A stretch of DNA of 64,000 nucleotides, taken from the NCBI GenBank assembly GCA_015075075.1, contig JABTVA010000003.1, positions 38,619-102,618 of the forward strand. The letters are read 5' to 3'. The notes beneath the pieces are model-generated. The model was not told the DNA's origin. It worked only from the letters and a program-made list of their open reading frames with translations, and made no database searches. Positions 32,832-42,055 of the stretch are shown piece after piece. The stretch is from Deltaproteobacteria bacterium. GTDB lineage: Bacteria > Desulfobacterota > GWC2-55-46. Position 1 is the stretch's first letter. Every line of letters starts with the position of its first letter. A program made the translations under genes and the position numbers.

Positions 32832-32860
32832 ATTATAAGGTATCAAATCCCCCCTTGCAA
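32832..32860 (-). promoter_or_regulatory. Near-consensus sigma70 promoter upstream of tRNA-Leu/tig
   Basis: Minus strand TTGCAA (32855-32860), 17 nt, TATAAT (32832-32837). Confidence 0.55.
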
Positions 32861-32914
32861 GCCCTTTTAAGGCCAGAAGGCCCCGGTTTCAGGCCGTTTA
32901 ACCCCGGTCCCAGC

Positions 32915-35137
32915 CTATTTGAGCTTGAACCTCTTTACCCGCTCGGTCATCTCGCGGTCGAGCCTGGCAAGCTCCTCGACCGCCCTGTCCGCGGCTACCG
33001 CCCTCTCTATGTTCTCGAACGAGACCTTACGGACGGCGTCCAGGGCCTCTAAGACCTTGGTGGTATTCCTGCTCTGCTCCCTGATGACGTCGTTTATGTA
33101 GGCGACCATCCTGTTTACGTCGCCTATGGTGGATGTTATCTGGCGAGTTGACTCGGCCTGAGACTTGGTGGTGGACTTGACCCTGTAGGTTATGTCGGAC
33201 ATGCGCTCGGTCGCCTTGTTTATGAGCTCGCTCCCCCTGGCGTGCTCGTGTGTGGCGTTCACGATCCTCCTCGTCATTTCCGCGAGCTTCTCGGTCGTCT
33301 CGGCGACCATCCTGCTCTCCCTGGCCTGGAGCTCGGACGCCGCGGCTATCTGCCTTACGCTCGTCGTCGACCGCTGGGCGCTCCCGAGAATCTTCTCGAG
33401 CCCCTCCCCGGCCTTCATCGAGAGCCTTACGCCCTCCTCGACGCTCAGGTAGCCGCGCTCCATTGACTTTACCGCCCTGTCGGACTCGAGCTCCACGGCG
33501 TGGATTATCTCGGAGACCTCCTTTGCGGAGGTAGAGGCCCTTTCGGCCAGGTCCTTTATCTCGTTCGCCACGACCGAGAAGCTTTTCCCGTGGTCGCCGG
33601 TCTGGGCCGCGATTATGGCGGCGTTAAGGGCCAGGAGGTTCGTCTCCTCGGCCACCTCCTGTATCACATCGAGTATTTTCCCGATTTCTTTAATCCTTTC
33701 AGAGAGGCTGTTTGCGATGTGGGTCGACCCCTGTTATCTCCTTGGCCTTGGCATGCCGTCTATGGTCGACTCGACCGGTCTCCATGCCGGGCCTTGGCGT
33801 CCTTTATGACTCTCTTCCGCGAACATCGAGGCCTCCGCGGCGTTAGCCTCGACCTCCCTTATGCTCGCGCTTATGTGGGAGATCGACGACGAGACCTGCG
33901 TTACGGCGGAAGAGAGGCTCTCAATGCTCTCGGATACGTCCTTTATCGAGAAGGACATGTCCCTCGTCGAGGCCGAGGTCTCGTCCACGCTCATTGATAG
34001 CGCCTCCATGCTGTCCACGACCTCGTTTATGCTCGCCCCGAGCTCGAGCACCGAAATGGAGCCCTTTTCGAGCGACTTCGCAAGGACCTCGGTGTAGTTG
34101 GCTATGCCGGATATGGAGGCGTTGATACCGCCCATGTTGGCGCCTATGGAATCGAGGGCCGCGCCCTGGGCGTTCGAGCCCTCGAGGACGGAACTGCTCA
34201 TCTCGGCGACCCTCTTCGAGATTCCCGTGGCCTCGTCCGAGGTCCTCCTCATGTCCTCTATCATCCTGTGGAGGTTCCTTACGACGTCGTTCATCTGGAC
34301 CCCGAGGTCGCCTATCTCGTCGTTCGAGTCAACCTCGGCCTTGCCAGTGAGGTCGCCGGAGGCGAGGTGCCTTGTCGTCTCGACCAGCGACAGTATGGGC
34401 GATGTGACGACCTTTCTGATGAAGGCCAGGCCTACGAGGCCCATTGCCAGTACCACCACGAAACCGAAGCCTATGGAGCGCCATATGTCGTTCATGGCCG
34501 CCGCAAGCTCGTTCTCTATGGGGATTATGACCTCGAGCCCGCCGGTAACGTCCCCTATCCTGTAGTCCTTCTTCGGGCTTGCCGCATGATTGTTGTGGCA
34601 GTCGACGCAGGTCTGGGAAGTGGCCACGTCCGGCAGCATGTATCTTATGGACCTCTTCCCCTTGTAGTCCTCGAACCTGTAGAACTCGGCTGAGGCGCCC
34701 TTGTCGAACCTGCCGAGGGCCTCCCTCTGGAAGTCATCCTTCGGGAGGTTGGCCCGGTTTACCGGGCGGAGGCTAACGAGCTCCATGTGGAAATAGCCCT
34801 CTGAGCCGAGGCCCTGGGAGGCCTCCTTGAGGAATGTCAAATGGAGAGGTATGGCCCGTTCCTCATCGAGATAGGAGCTCGACACGGTAAGGCCGGAATC
34901 AAGGGCCTTCCTTACGACCGTCGAGGTATAGTACTGGCGCCCGGCGGCGAGCTCCCTCGTAAGATAGCTCGCGGTCATGTGGGCCATCCTCTGGGTCTGG
35001 GCGATCCTCTCGTTGTATATGTATACGCTATAGATGCCGAAGATAACGGCCCAGACAAGGGCGGCGAAGATGAGGAGCTTGACCCTGATACCTATTCTCA
35101 TTAAACCCCTCTGAAAGGCTGGCGTTCGCGCGGGCAA
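32915..35137 (-). pseudogene. Methyl-accepting chemotaxis protein with a haem-c-type (DUF3365-like) periplasmic sensor; two shifts near 33670-33735
   Basis: N-terminal TM; sensor with TSQTCVDCHNNHAASPKKDYRIGDVTGGLEVIIP (CXXCH); second TM; HAMP (LASGDLTGKAEV); signalling domain [35 protein letters not shown] in ORF 32915-33667. Confidence 0.8.
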
Positions 35138-35262
35138 GCGCCGGAGCGCAATGGTACGGAACTGGCGTAACCACCCCGTATTATAACCTAAAATGCCATT
35201 TTACAAAGGAATTTCTGCAAGGCGGGATGGAAAGGGTACGGAGCGACAAGGCTGGAATGCTA

Positions 35263-35408
35263 TTGAGAGGACCTTTTTTGTAAAAAAGGTCCTCTCAAAC
35301 TCTCTCCCAAAAACTTTCAGTTCTTCCGGTGAGGGTCCCCTAAATGGGGGCCCTCACCGGAACTAAAAGTCTTTGAAGGGGTGGGGAACTTTCTATGAAA
35401 GTTCCCCC
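35263..35408 (+). repeat. Family-F three-hairpin repeat
   Basis: Hairpins at 35265-35296 (GAGAGGACCTTTTTT/AAAAAAGGTCCTCTC), 35326-35360 (CCGGTGAGGGTCCCC/GGGGGCCCTCACCGG) and 35383-35407 (GGGGAACTTT/AAAGTTCCCC). Confidence 0.75.
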
Positions 35409-35435
35409 CGATTAGCTTTCAACTTTATTATTAAT

Positions 35436-35573
35436 GCAACCTCTAAAAATTAGAGATTTTTCCCGCTTTTCCTGGAAGGCCGAATAAAAAGCGGAGCATA
35501 TATGACAATATGTGAGCATTTTTATTCCGTAACTACCCAGAGTCCGGGGAAAAGATCAATTTTTAGAGGTTGC
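35436..35573. repeat. Family-A inverted-repeat element (full copy, 138 bp)
   Basis: GCAACCTCTAAAAATTAGAGATTTTTCCCGC ... CGGGGAAAAGATCAATTTTTAGAGGTTGC. Confidence 0.8.
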
Positions 35574-35584
35574 AGGCCCCCTGG

Positions 35585-36250
35585 CTAATCCAGGGCAAGG
35601 TTTCCCGCTTTATCGCTGAACCAGATGACTTTCACGTCGCCCGGGGCTACTTCGACAGTCTTTTCAATGGCATAGGCGGATTTGTCTTTTGTGCCGGCGT
35701 TATACATGAGCGCCTTTATCCTCCGCTCGCCGGGCTTGAGGCTTAATTCGCTATAGACATATGAAGCCATGTCTTTCTTGAGGCCCGTGGGCGCGTAGGA
35801 TCTATCAAGCGCCTTTTCGCCGTCTATGTATACCTCGACCATTACGGGGTGCCTCTCGCGCGAGCACTTGGCGAGCCTCGCGATGTCCATCTGTACCCTT
35901 CTCGCGTCCTTAAGCTCTCCCCTGTACCTCTCGCCCTCCTGCCTAATGAGGCCGCCTTCGTCGCAGTCCTCTACCCTTTGCCCGGACTGCTTGAAGGCGA
36001 CCTTGAGGAGCGAATCATCCGGGTTGTAATGGGCGTACGGCGGGTCGGATATGAAATAGACCGGGGCGAGTAGTATGAGGAGGGCGAAGGTCGCCCTTAA
36101 GACCCCCCATATCGGCACAGGCTCCTTTTTTTTCGGGGCAATGCCTTCCCTGGCATCCTTTTCCCTGCCCTTCCTCCATTCCCTCCACAGCACGAACGCG
36201 ACCGGGATGAGGAACGCGAACAGGGTCGCTAAAATTATCGCCATTTTCAT
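35585..36250 (-). CDS. Membrane-anchored protein of unknown function
   Basis: 221 aa with two N-terminal hydrophobic segments. The start abuts the stop of the upstream fusion gene (36250/36251), which suggests co-translation. No motif recognised. Confidence 0.6.
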   Translation of the reverse strand: MKMAIILATLFAFLIPVAFVLWREWRKGREKDAREGIAPKKKEPVPIWGVLRATFALLILLAPVYFISDPPYAHYNPDDSLLKVAFKQSGQRVEDCDEGGLIRQEGERYRGELKDARRVQMDIARLAKCSRERHPVMVEVYIDGEKALDRSYAPTGLKKDMASYVYSELSLKPGERRIKALMYNAGTKDKSAYAIEKTVEVAPGDVKVIWFSDKAGNLALD

Positions 36251-37856
36251 TTATTCCCTCCTGTCAGCGAGCGAGGAGCGGAACTCGTCCAGAAGCTTAA
36301 AGAACTCGCCCTCCTCGGCTGATGACAGATACACGGTCCGTATCCTGGACCTGTCGATTGATTTCCTCACGAGCGGCGGCCTGTACCCGTGGAGCCTTCC
36401 GGTGAACCACTCGTCCCCTTTCCTGTACTGGCAGTCGCCCTGGCGGCAGCTCGAGACGAAAACTCCGTCGAGGCCTATGGACTTCTCGAACGGTATGGAG
36501 AGCATCGAGGGCTGGAGCATGCCTATGCACGGGAGCGATACCACCCCGGCCCATTCGCGTCCCTTGAGCCTTCCGTCCGGGCCAGTGAAGCCGTCGAGCC
36601 TTGCGCCCTTGGCGCACGCGAATACGAGCACCCCGGGGCCTTCCCCTTCTTCCTTAAGCTCCTTTGAAAGGGCCCTTATCCGGGCCTTTACGTCCGCCTC
36701 GGTCATGTCCGGGAGGTCAAGGGCGTTGTAGTCGCAGGAACCCATGCATATGCCGCAGCTTGCGCACCGCTTCGGCACAATGACCGCCTCAAGAGGGTAA
36801 GGCATGCCGTCGGTCCTTTTTCTCATGTATATGGCCTGGTAAGGGCAGTCCTCCATGCAGAGCTCGCACCCCGTGCAGTTTTCGAGCGTAAGCCGGACCG
36901 CCGGGCCGCGCCTTGAGCGCGTAAGCCACGGCACCGACGCGGCGATTAGGGTCGCGGCGACCAAAAGCCCCAGAGCTGGTGGGCGCTCATGTATCCGAGG
37001 AGCGGGTATATGAACATGTAGAACCAGTCGAACGGGACCGCCTCGACGAGCCTGCCGAGCTCGGCCTGCGGCGCGCTCGTGGCGGGCCTTATGAACGAGA
37101 CCGCGAAGAGGGCGGCCATGACCGCGTAGGCCAGGACCCTCGGCGGGTTTATGACGGCCCTCGTCACCCTGACTATGTGGACGAGGAGCAGTATGAAGAG
37201 GAAGAATATGGACGAGAAGTGGATGAAGAGTATTATGTAGAAGAACTGGTCGGTCAGGTGCTCGGCCCTCGCGAAATTGAGGCTCAGGGGTATGCCGAAT
37301 ATGGGTATGTTCTCGAGCATGTGCGCCGAGAGCGTGGCTATGAGCTGCGCCCTCTGGTCCCATACCATCCAGTAGCCGAAAATGCCCGCCGCTACTATGA
37401 CCCAGGCTATGCCAATCCCGCTGACCACGCCACCCACCTCCAGTGGGCGTACCTGTCGAGCATGTAGCACCTTACGGCGTGGAGCAGCATGACGAGCACG
37501 AGAGCATCGGATGCGTACCTGTGGAGGCTCCTCATGACCCCGCCGAGGTACCACTGGTTGACGGTCAGGTCCTGGACGGAAAGCCACGCGCCCTTTACGC
37601 TTATGCTGTAGAAGAGGAAGAGGTATACGCCGGAGACGAGTATGACCCAGAGGAAGAATATGCCGAGCGCGCCGAGGTAGTAGAAGGGGTTATAGGCAGG
37701 GGTGGTCAGGCGGCTCACCCGGGCTTCCATCCGGAGCCACAACCTCTGGAGAGCGCCGCCCGAGAACTCCCGTTTCGCTCCAGGCGCGCCGCTCTCCGAC
37801 GCTTCCGCGCCTTTCGCTATTTCCTTTTCATCCATCTGCCTATCCTTCTCCCCCAT
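36251..37856 (-). pseudogene. Fusion protein: dihaem cytochrome b, 2x[4Fe-4S] ferredoxin and MvhD/FlpD-like domain (two frameshifts)
   Basis: Cyt b helix B (SLHRYASDALVLVMLLHAV) and helix D (IHFSSIFFLFILLLVHI) each have His-13-His spacing. Then CTGCELCMEDCP..CASCGICMGSCD, then VLVFACAKGA..VSLPCIGML..GLDGVFVSSCRQGDCQYRKG. Read across ORFs 37407-37856, 36946-37587 and 36251-37363. Confidence 0.7.
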
Positions 37857-38623
37857 ACCGCGTATACTATGGCCCCTATTATGACCGCCTGGAGCGCAAT
37901 GCTGACGAATACAGGGTAGTCGAGCACGTATTTGCCGGACTGCGGGTCGTACCTGTAGCAGAAGAACTTTATCCTGTCCACCAACGTGAGCGAGTCCGAG
38001 ACCGCGGCCTTGCCGGCAATGAGCTCGTCAAGGCGCATGGCCAGGTTCTGCGGCTGGGAACGGAGGCTGAAGACCTGCCTGTAAACCGTGCCGTCCGGCT
38101 TTATCATAGTCGCCATGTCCATGTGGTCGAAGCTACCGTCGTCCTGCCTGAAATTGAAAAACCCGGCGTCGGCAAGGAGCTTCTCTATGGTCTCCGCATC
38201 GCCGCTGGCGAACCTGAAGCCCTCGAAGCTGTCGGTGTAGCTCGCTCCGTACCTCTTAAGGCGCTCCGGGGTGTCGTTCGCCGCGTCAAAGCCTATGGTA
38301 AGGACCTCGAACCTGTCCCCGAACTTCTCCCTTGCGCCGTCTACCGCCCTCTTGAGCTCCATCGTAATCGTGGGGCAGACCTCCGGGCAGCTCGTGTAGA
38401 TGTAGCTCAACACCAGCGGCTTCCCCTTCCCGAAATACTCGCTCAGCATGAAGCGGTCCCCGTCCTGGTCAAAGAGGGCGTAGTCGCCGAGCTTGCGGCC
38501 CTCGGCCTTCAGCGAATTGTCCACCGCTGCCTTCAGGACCACGGGGTCGAGCTGCTGTAGTGCGAAAGAAGGCGCGGGAAAGACGTGCAGGAATAGGAAC
38601 AGCAAGGCCAGGTATACGGGCAT
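37817..38623 (-). CDS. SCO1/SenC-family copper chaperone with a C-terminal TM extension
   Basis: Signal or TM segment; thioredoxin-fold motif LSYIYTSCPEVCP and downstream His (SFDHMDM); C-terminal hydrophobic helix. Confidence 0.8.
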   Translation of the reverse strand: MPVYLALLFLFLHVFPAPSFALQQLDPVVLKAAVDNSLKAEGRKLGDYALFDQDGDRFMLSEYFGKGKPLVLSYIYTSCPEVCPTITMELKRAVDGAREKFGDRFEVLTIGFDAANDTPERLKRYGASYTDSFEGFRFASGDAETIEKLLADAGFFNFRQDDGSFDHMDMATMIKPDGTVYRQVFSLRSQPQNLAMRLDELIAGKAAVSDSLTLVDRIKFFCYRYDPQSGKYVLDYPVFVSIALQAVIIGAIVYAVWGRRIGRWMKRK

Positions 38624-38763
38624 TTTATAAGAACCCTCCGGGGCGTAATCTCATGACAATGGTAACAGCCGGCGGCCACACCTTTATATGACCTTTATCA
38701 GTAGCGTAATCCATTGAAAATTATATCATTTCACGGCAGGGAAATACAGCGGACAGGGCCCAT

Positions 38764-38796
38764 AAAAAAAGCGGGGCCGCCAGAAACGGCCCGCTT
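38764..38796 (-). terminator. Rho-independent terminator after oxidase subunit I
   Basis: Minus strand GCGGGCCGTTTCTGGCGGCCCCGC followed by TTTTTTT, 11 nt after the stop. Confidence 0.65.
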
Positions 38797-38806
38797 GCCT
38801 AGTGCG

Positions 38807-40357
38807 TTAAGTAGAGCGCAGTCCCCTGCGCTCCCATCCGGTCAGCCCTCTATCCTTTCCCCAGATAATGGAGCCGAAAGAGAGCGCTAATGTAGAGCGC
38901 CCTCCAGTGACCGCGAGCAAGCCCCGACGCCCATCATGGAGAGGAAGAGGTCTATCGACGGGTCGAAGGAGAATGAGAAGGGCGCGCCCGAGAAGGTAAT
39001 GTCGTAGTGCCTCCTGGGTACGCCGAACGAGCCAGCCGACATCATGCCTATGGAGAGGAGCGCGACCCCCACGCCGTAGATGTACGGCTGGATGCTCGCG
39101 AAGCCCTTCCAGATGAGCTCCCTCCTGAAAACGTAAGGCACGAGGAGGTAAGTGAAGCCCATGAAGGCCACGGTCGTGCCCGCGACGACCGTGCCGTGGA
39201 AGTGGCCGGTTATGGCTATCGTGTTGTGGCGGATGATGTTGAACTGCTCGGTCCCGAAGATTACGCCGGTTATGCCGCCGAGGAAACCGAAGAGGAGTAT
39301 CGAGATGGCTATGGACGAGAAGGCCGGGTTGCCCCAGGGCGCCTTCTTCAGCCACTCGAAAAGCCCCCTCGTGTGCCCCTGGTGCCTCAAGGCCACTTCC
39401 ATCGAGGCCGGGACCGCGAAGGCGTGTATCATGCTGGCGAGGACCGCGAGGTGCATCATGCAAAGCTCGTGTTCACGATCTTGTGCCAGTTCGAGAGCGC
39501 CGGTCCACGAGCAGGTGGTGCTCGGAGGCGACGTCATTGATGAAGAGGATGTAGAGGACGAACGCCGTCCCGAGAGCTTCTCGTTAAGGGGCTTCCCGCC
39601 GATGACGAAGTACGAGTCGAGGGCATGCCACCACACTGCGACCATCGCGCTCACGTTTATCAGGCCTTGCGAGGTGGCCGAGGCCCCAGAATACGAGCCT
39701 GTACGCCGCCGGGTCGATGTAGCTCATGAGAGGTCCATCGACCAGAGGAGCGTGGGTATGCGCGATGGCCGCGCCGTGGGCGAGCGTGAGGATGCCTATG
39801 ATGCCCGCGGCCAGCATGCCGAATGAGCCGAGCGGCAGCGTCCTTGTACCCGCCGTCCCTTTTCGATAGCGCCACGTTGATGAAGAAGATGATGAAGCCG
39901 AGAGCGCGCCCACAGCGAAGAGATGACCCTGAGGTAATAGAGCGGGTCGCCCCTTCAATGGCACGTATGAGGTGAACATCACGTCGGCCCCGCCCATGAG
40001 GACGATTATGTTTATGACCGCCCCGCCTATGAGCATGAGCGCGAATGCCACCCAGCCGAGCCACGGCACGTAAGAGCGCGTGCCGAGGAGCGCCGCGGAG
40101 GTGAAGTGCACGAGCGCGACCTCGAAGAAGATTATCCACGCCAGCAGCGCGTCTATGCCGTGAAGGGTAAGGAACCTGTAATAGTAATCGAGCGGCAGGA
40201 GATGCACGCTCGGCCACCTGGTGAGGACGACGAGGAGCTCCCAGAAGGCCGCCTACCGCGAAGGTCGCGAGGCGGCGATCACGTTCCACCTTACCAGGTG
40301 CTCGGTCTGCGAATCTATCTTGAGCCCTGAGAGCGGGTCCGTCCTGAAAATAGCCAT
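38807..40357 (-). pseudogene. Haem-copper oxidase superfamily subunit I (B-type-like), at least 6 frameshifts
   Basis: Fragments: MAIFRTDPLSGLKIDSQTEHLVRWNVIAAS, LPLDYYYRFLTLHGIDALLAWIIFFEV, FWGLGH, ASEHHLLVD, ITGHFHGTVVAGTTVAFMG, SFGVPRRHYD. Several shifts sit in short homopolymers. Confidence 0.8.
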
Positions 40358-40390
40358 ATTATGTCAAGCACCTCCCGTTCTGATTTTAAT

Positions 40391-40540
40391 CAGGTTGCTG
40401 AAAAAGCCCAATCTGCCGCGTCGTCTTTAAAATCCGTCACTGCGACGTATTATAAAAGTACGCCTCATCCCCTCATTTTCGACTCCTTGCATCTTGAGCT
40501 TTTGAGCAGCCTGAACGTGCTTTGAGTTTTCAACAACCTG
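40391..40540. repeat. Family-D inverted-repeat element (150 bp) inside the oxidase operon
   Basis: Ends CAGGTTGCTGAAAAAGC / GTTTTCAACAACCTG. Right half repeated at 32527-32568. Confidence 0.65.
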
Positions 40541-40571
40541 TCAGAACCCTGCGTCCGGGCAGCCCCGGATG

Positions 40572-40706
40572 CTACTGAACCCCCCAGACGTCCGTGAGCC
40601 ATTTGAGGTGCACGAACCATATCACGATGAAAACGGCGAGGAATATGAGGGCGAGGACGAAGACACCCGGCGCCTCGACAATGTCCCTGTGGTCCTGCTT
40701 AGGCAT
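40572..40706 (-). CDS. Single-TM peptide, oxidase subunit IIa-like (44 aa)
   Basis: Manually translated MPKQDHRDIVEAPGVFVLALIFLAVFIVIWFVHLKWLTDVWGVQ. RBS AAAGGAGG 7 nt upstream. Below the ORF-track size cutoff. Confidence 0.55.
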   Translation of the reverse strand: MPKQDHRDIVEAPGVFVLALIFLAVFIVIWFVHLKWLTDVWGVQ

Positions 40707-40790
40707 TTCAGACCTCCTTTGGTTGAGCCTTGATAACTCCGAGCCTTCCCTTGTCTATTCCGAGACTGAGCTGAAAAACTTTTTTCAGAG

Positions 40791-40911
40791 GTAGGGTGCG
40801 CTATGCGCACCATGCTCCGGCGGGCACAGCCCGCCCTACAATTGCTTTCAGGGTGCGCATAGCGCACCCTACAATATAATCTCCCCTGCCCCTCTTTATA
40901 AAAGAGGGGGC
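40791..40911. repeat. Family-C multi-hairpin repeat (GGTGCGC..GCGCACC modules plus CCCCTCTTT..AAAGAGGGG module)
   Basis: GTAGGGTGCGCTATGCGCACC ... GGGTGCGCATAGCGCACCCTAC ... TAATCTCCCCTGCCCCTCTTTATAAAAGAGGGGG. Confidence 0.7.
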
Positions 40912-40917
40912 TATGGT

Positions 40918-41454
40918 TCAGGCCTCCGGCTCCCTCACGTACATCTTGCCCACCATCAGGTGGTGGCCCAGGCCGCAGTACTCGTTGCAGACTATGTGGA
41001 ACTCGCCTGAAGTCGTCGGCGTTAGCGTAAGCACATAGTCATAGTCCGGGAGCACCATGAAGTTCATGTTTATGGGCAGTATGGAGAACCCGTGCTGGAT
41101 GTCCGCTGACGAGAGGTGGAGCTTGTAGGTCCTACCCTTCTCAAGCTCGACTATGGGGTACCACTGCCACATCGACGCCCTTATGTATACCGGCTCGTCG
41201 GGGTTGGGGCGGAAGACCGGGAAGCCGGCCTCCTCGCCCACCTGGTATTTCTCAACCATGCCGTCGACGAGCCTGTCGAAGTCCTCGGCTGAGACCCTGT
41301 ACGTCTCGGAAGGCGGGTTCTGCGCGCCCACGAGGTGGTATACCGGCATAAAGACGAACGAGACGAGCATCCAGATAAGGGCCAGCGCCACCCATATCCT
41401 CTCGTCCTTGCTCAAGGGGTTCCACCATACTCTTTCGGGTTCGTGTATCGCCAT
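40918..41454 (-). CDS. Haem-copper oxidase subunit II (single TM plus cupredoxin with CuA site)
   Basis: 178 aa. CuA ligands DIQHGFS and CNEYCGLGHHLM. Confidence 0.85.
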   Translation of the reverse strand: MAIHEPERVWWNPLSKDERIWVALALIWMLVSFVFMPVYHLVGAQNPPSETYRVSAEDFDRLVDGMVEKYQVGEEAGFPVFRPNPDEPVYIRASMWQWYPIVELEKGRTYKLHLSSADIQHGFSILPINMNFMVLPDYDYVLTLTPTTSGEFHIVCNEYCGLGHHLMVGKMYVREPEA

Positions 41455-41465
41455 TTCCTACCTCC

Positions 41466-41624
41466 TTAAGGGGCCACGGGGAGCTGCGGCACCATTACTA
41501 TCTCTATGAGCCCCCATACCGTGTAGACCACAGTCGGCAGAACGACGCCGAGTATCAGAAGAAGCCAGATGTTGTCGTAAAAGACCTGCCAGGCCGGAAC
41601 CGGCCCATCCGCTTTTTCAGCCAT
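41466..41624 (-). CDS. Small single-TM protein (52 aa) at the head of the oxidase operon
   Basis: Manually translated MAEKADGPVPAWQVFYDNIWLLLILGVVLPTVVYTVWGLIEIVMVPQLPVAP. RBS AGGAGGAG. Ends 11 nt before the subunit II start. Confidence 0.5.
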   Translation of the reverse strand: MAEKADGPVPAWQVFYDNIWLLLILGVVLPTVVYTVWGLIEIVMVPQLPVAP

Positions 41625-41959
41625 TTACTCCTCCTTTTTTTGCGTCTGCCGCCGGCACGAAGGTGCACCTGTGCCGTTTTCAGGTAAGTTCCGGGACACT
41701 ATATAAGGATGCCGCCGGGAGAGAAAATGACATTTGTCATATTTCCTGAACTTATAATAATTTCGAGAAAAGATGGAATTCCAACTGCCGTAAGCGTTTT
41801 TTAACGCTTTTCCCGGCCCGGTGGCCGGTTCATACGGCTTTTGAAACATGGAAGAAAAAGCCTGATGAGTCGACGGGCATACCCGTCCGCGGACAACTTC
41901 AGCTTACCTCGCAGAATTTATATCAATTCCGGGTATTTGTCAATAATTGAACCTGACAG

Positions 41960-42022
41960 CCTCCCCTCCCCTTTGTTAATCAGGCGGGAGGGGATAAAGG
42001 GGGAGGGTGATGCTTAAATCAC
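41960..42022. repeat. Family-E G/C-rich palindromic repeat
   Basis: CCTCCCCTCCCCTTTGTTAATCAGGCGGGAGGGGATAAAGGGGGAGGGTGATGCTTAAATCAC. Near-identical copy at 46157-46220; shorter relatives at 52489-52535 and 53425-53470. Confidence 0.65.
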
Positions 42023-42055
42023 TAATGACGCGCGGAGCTATTTCGCGGCACTGCC

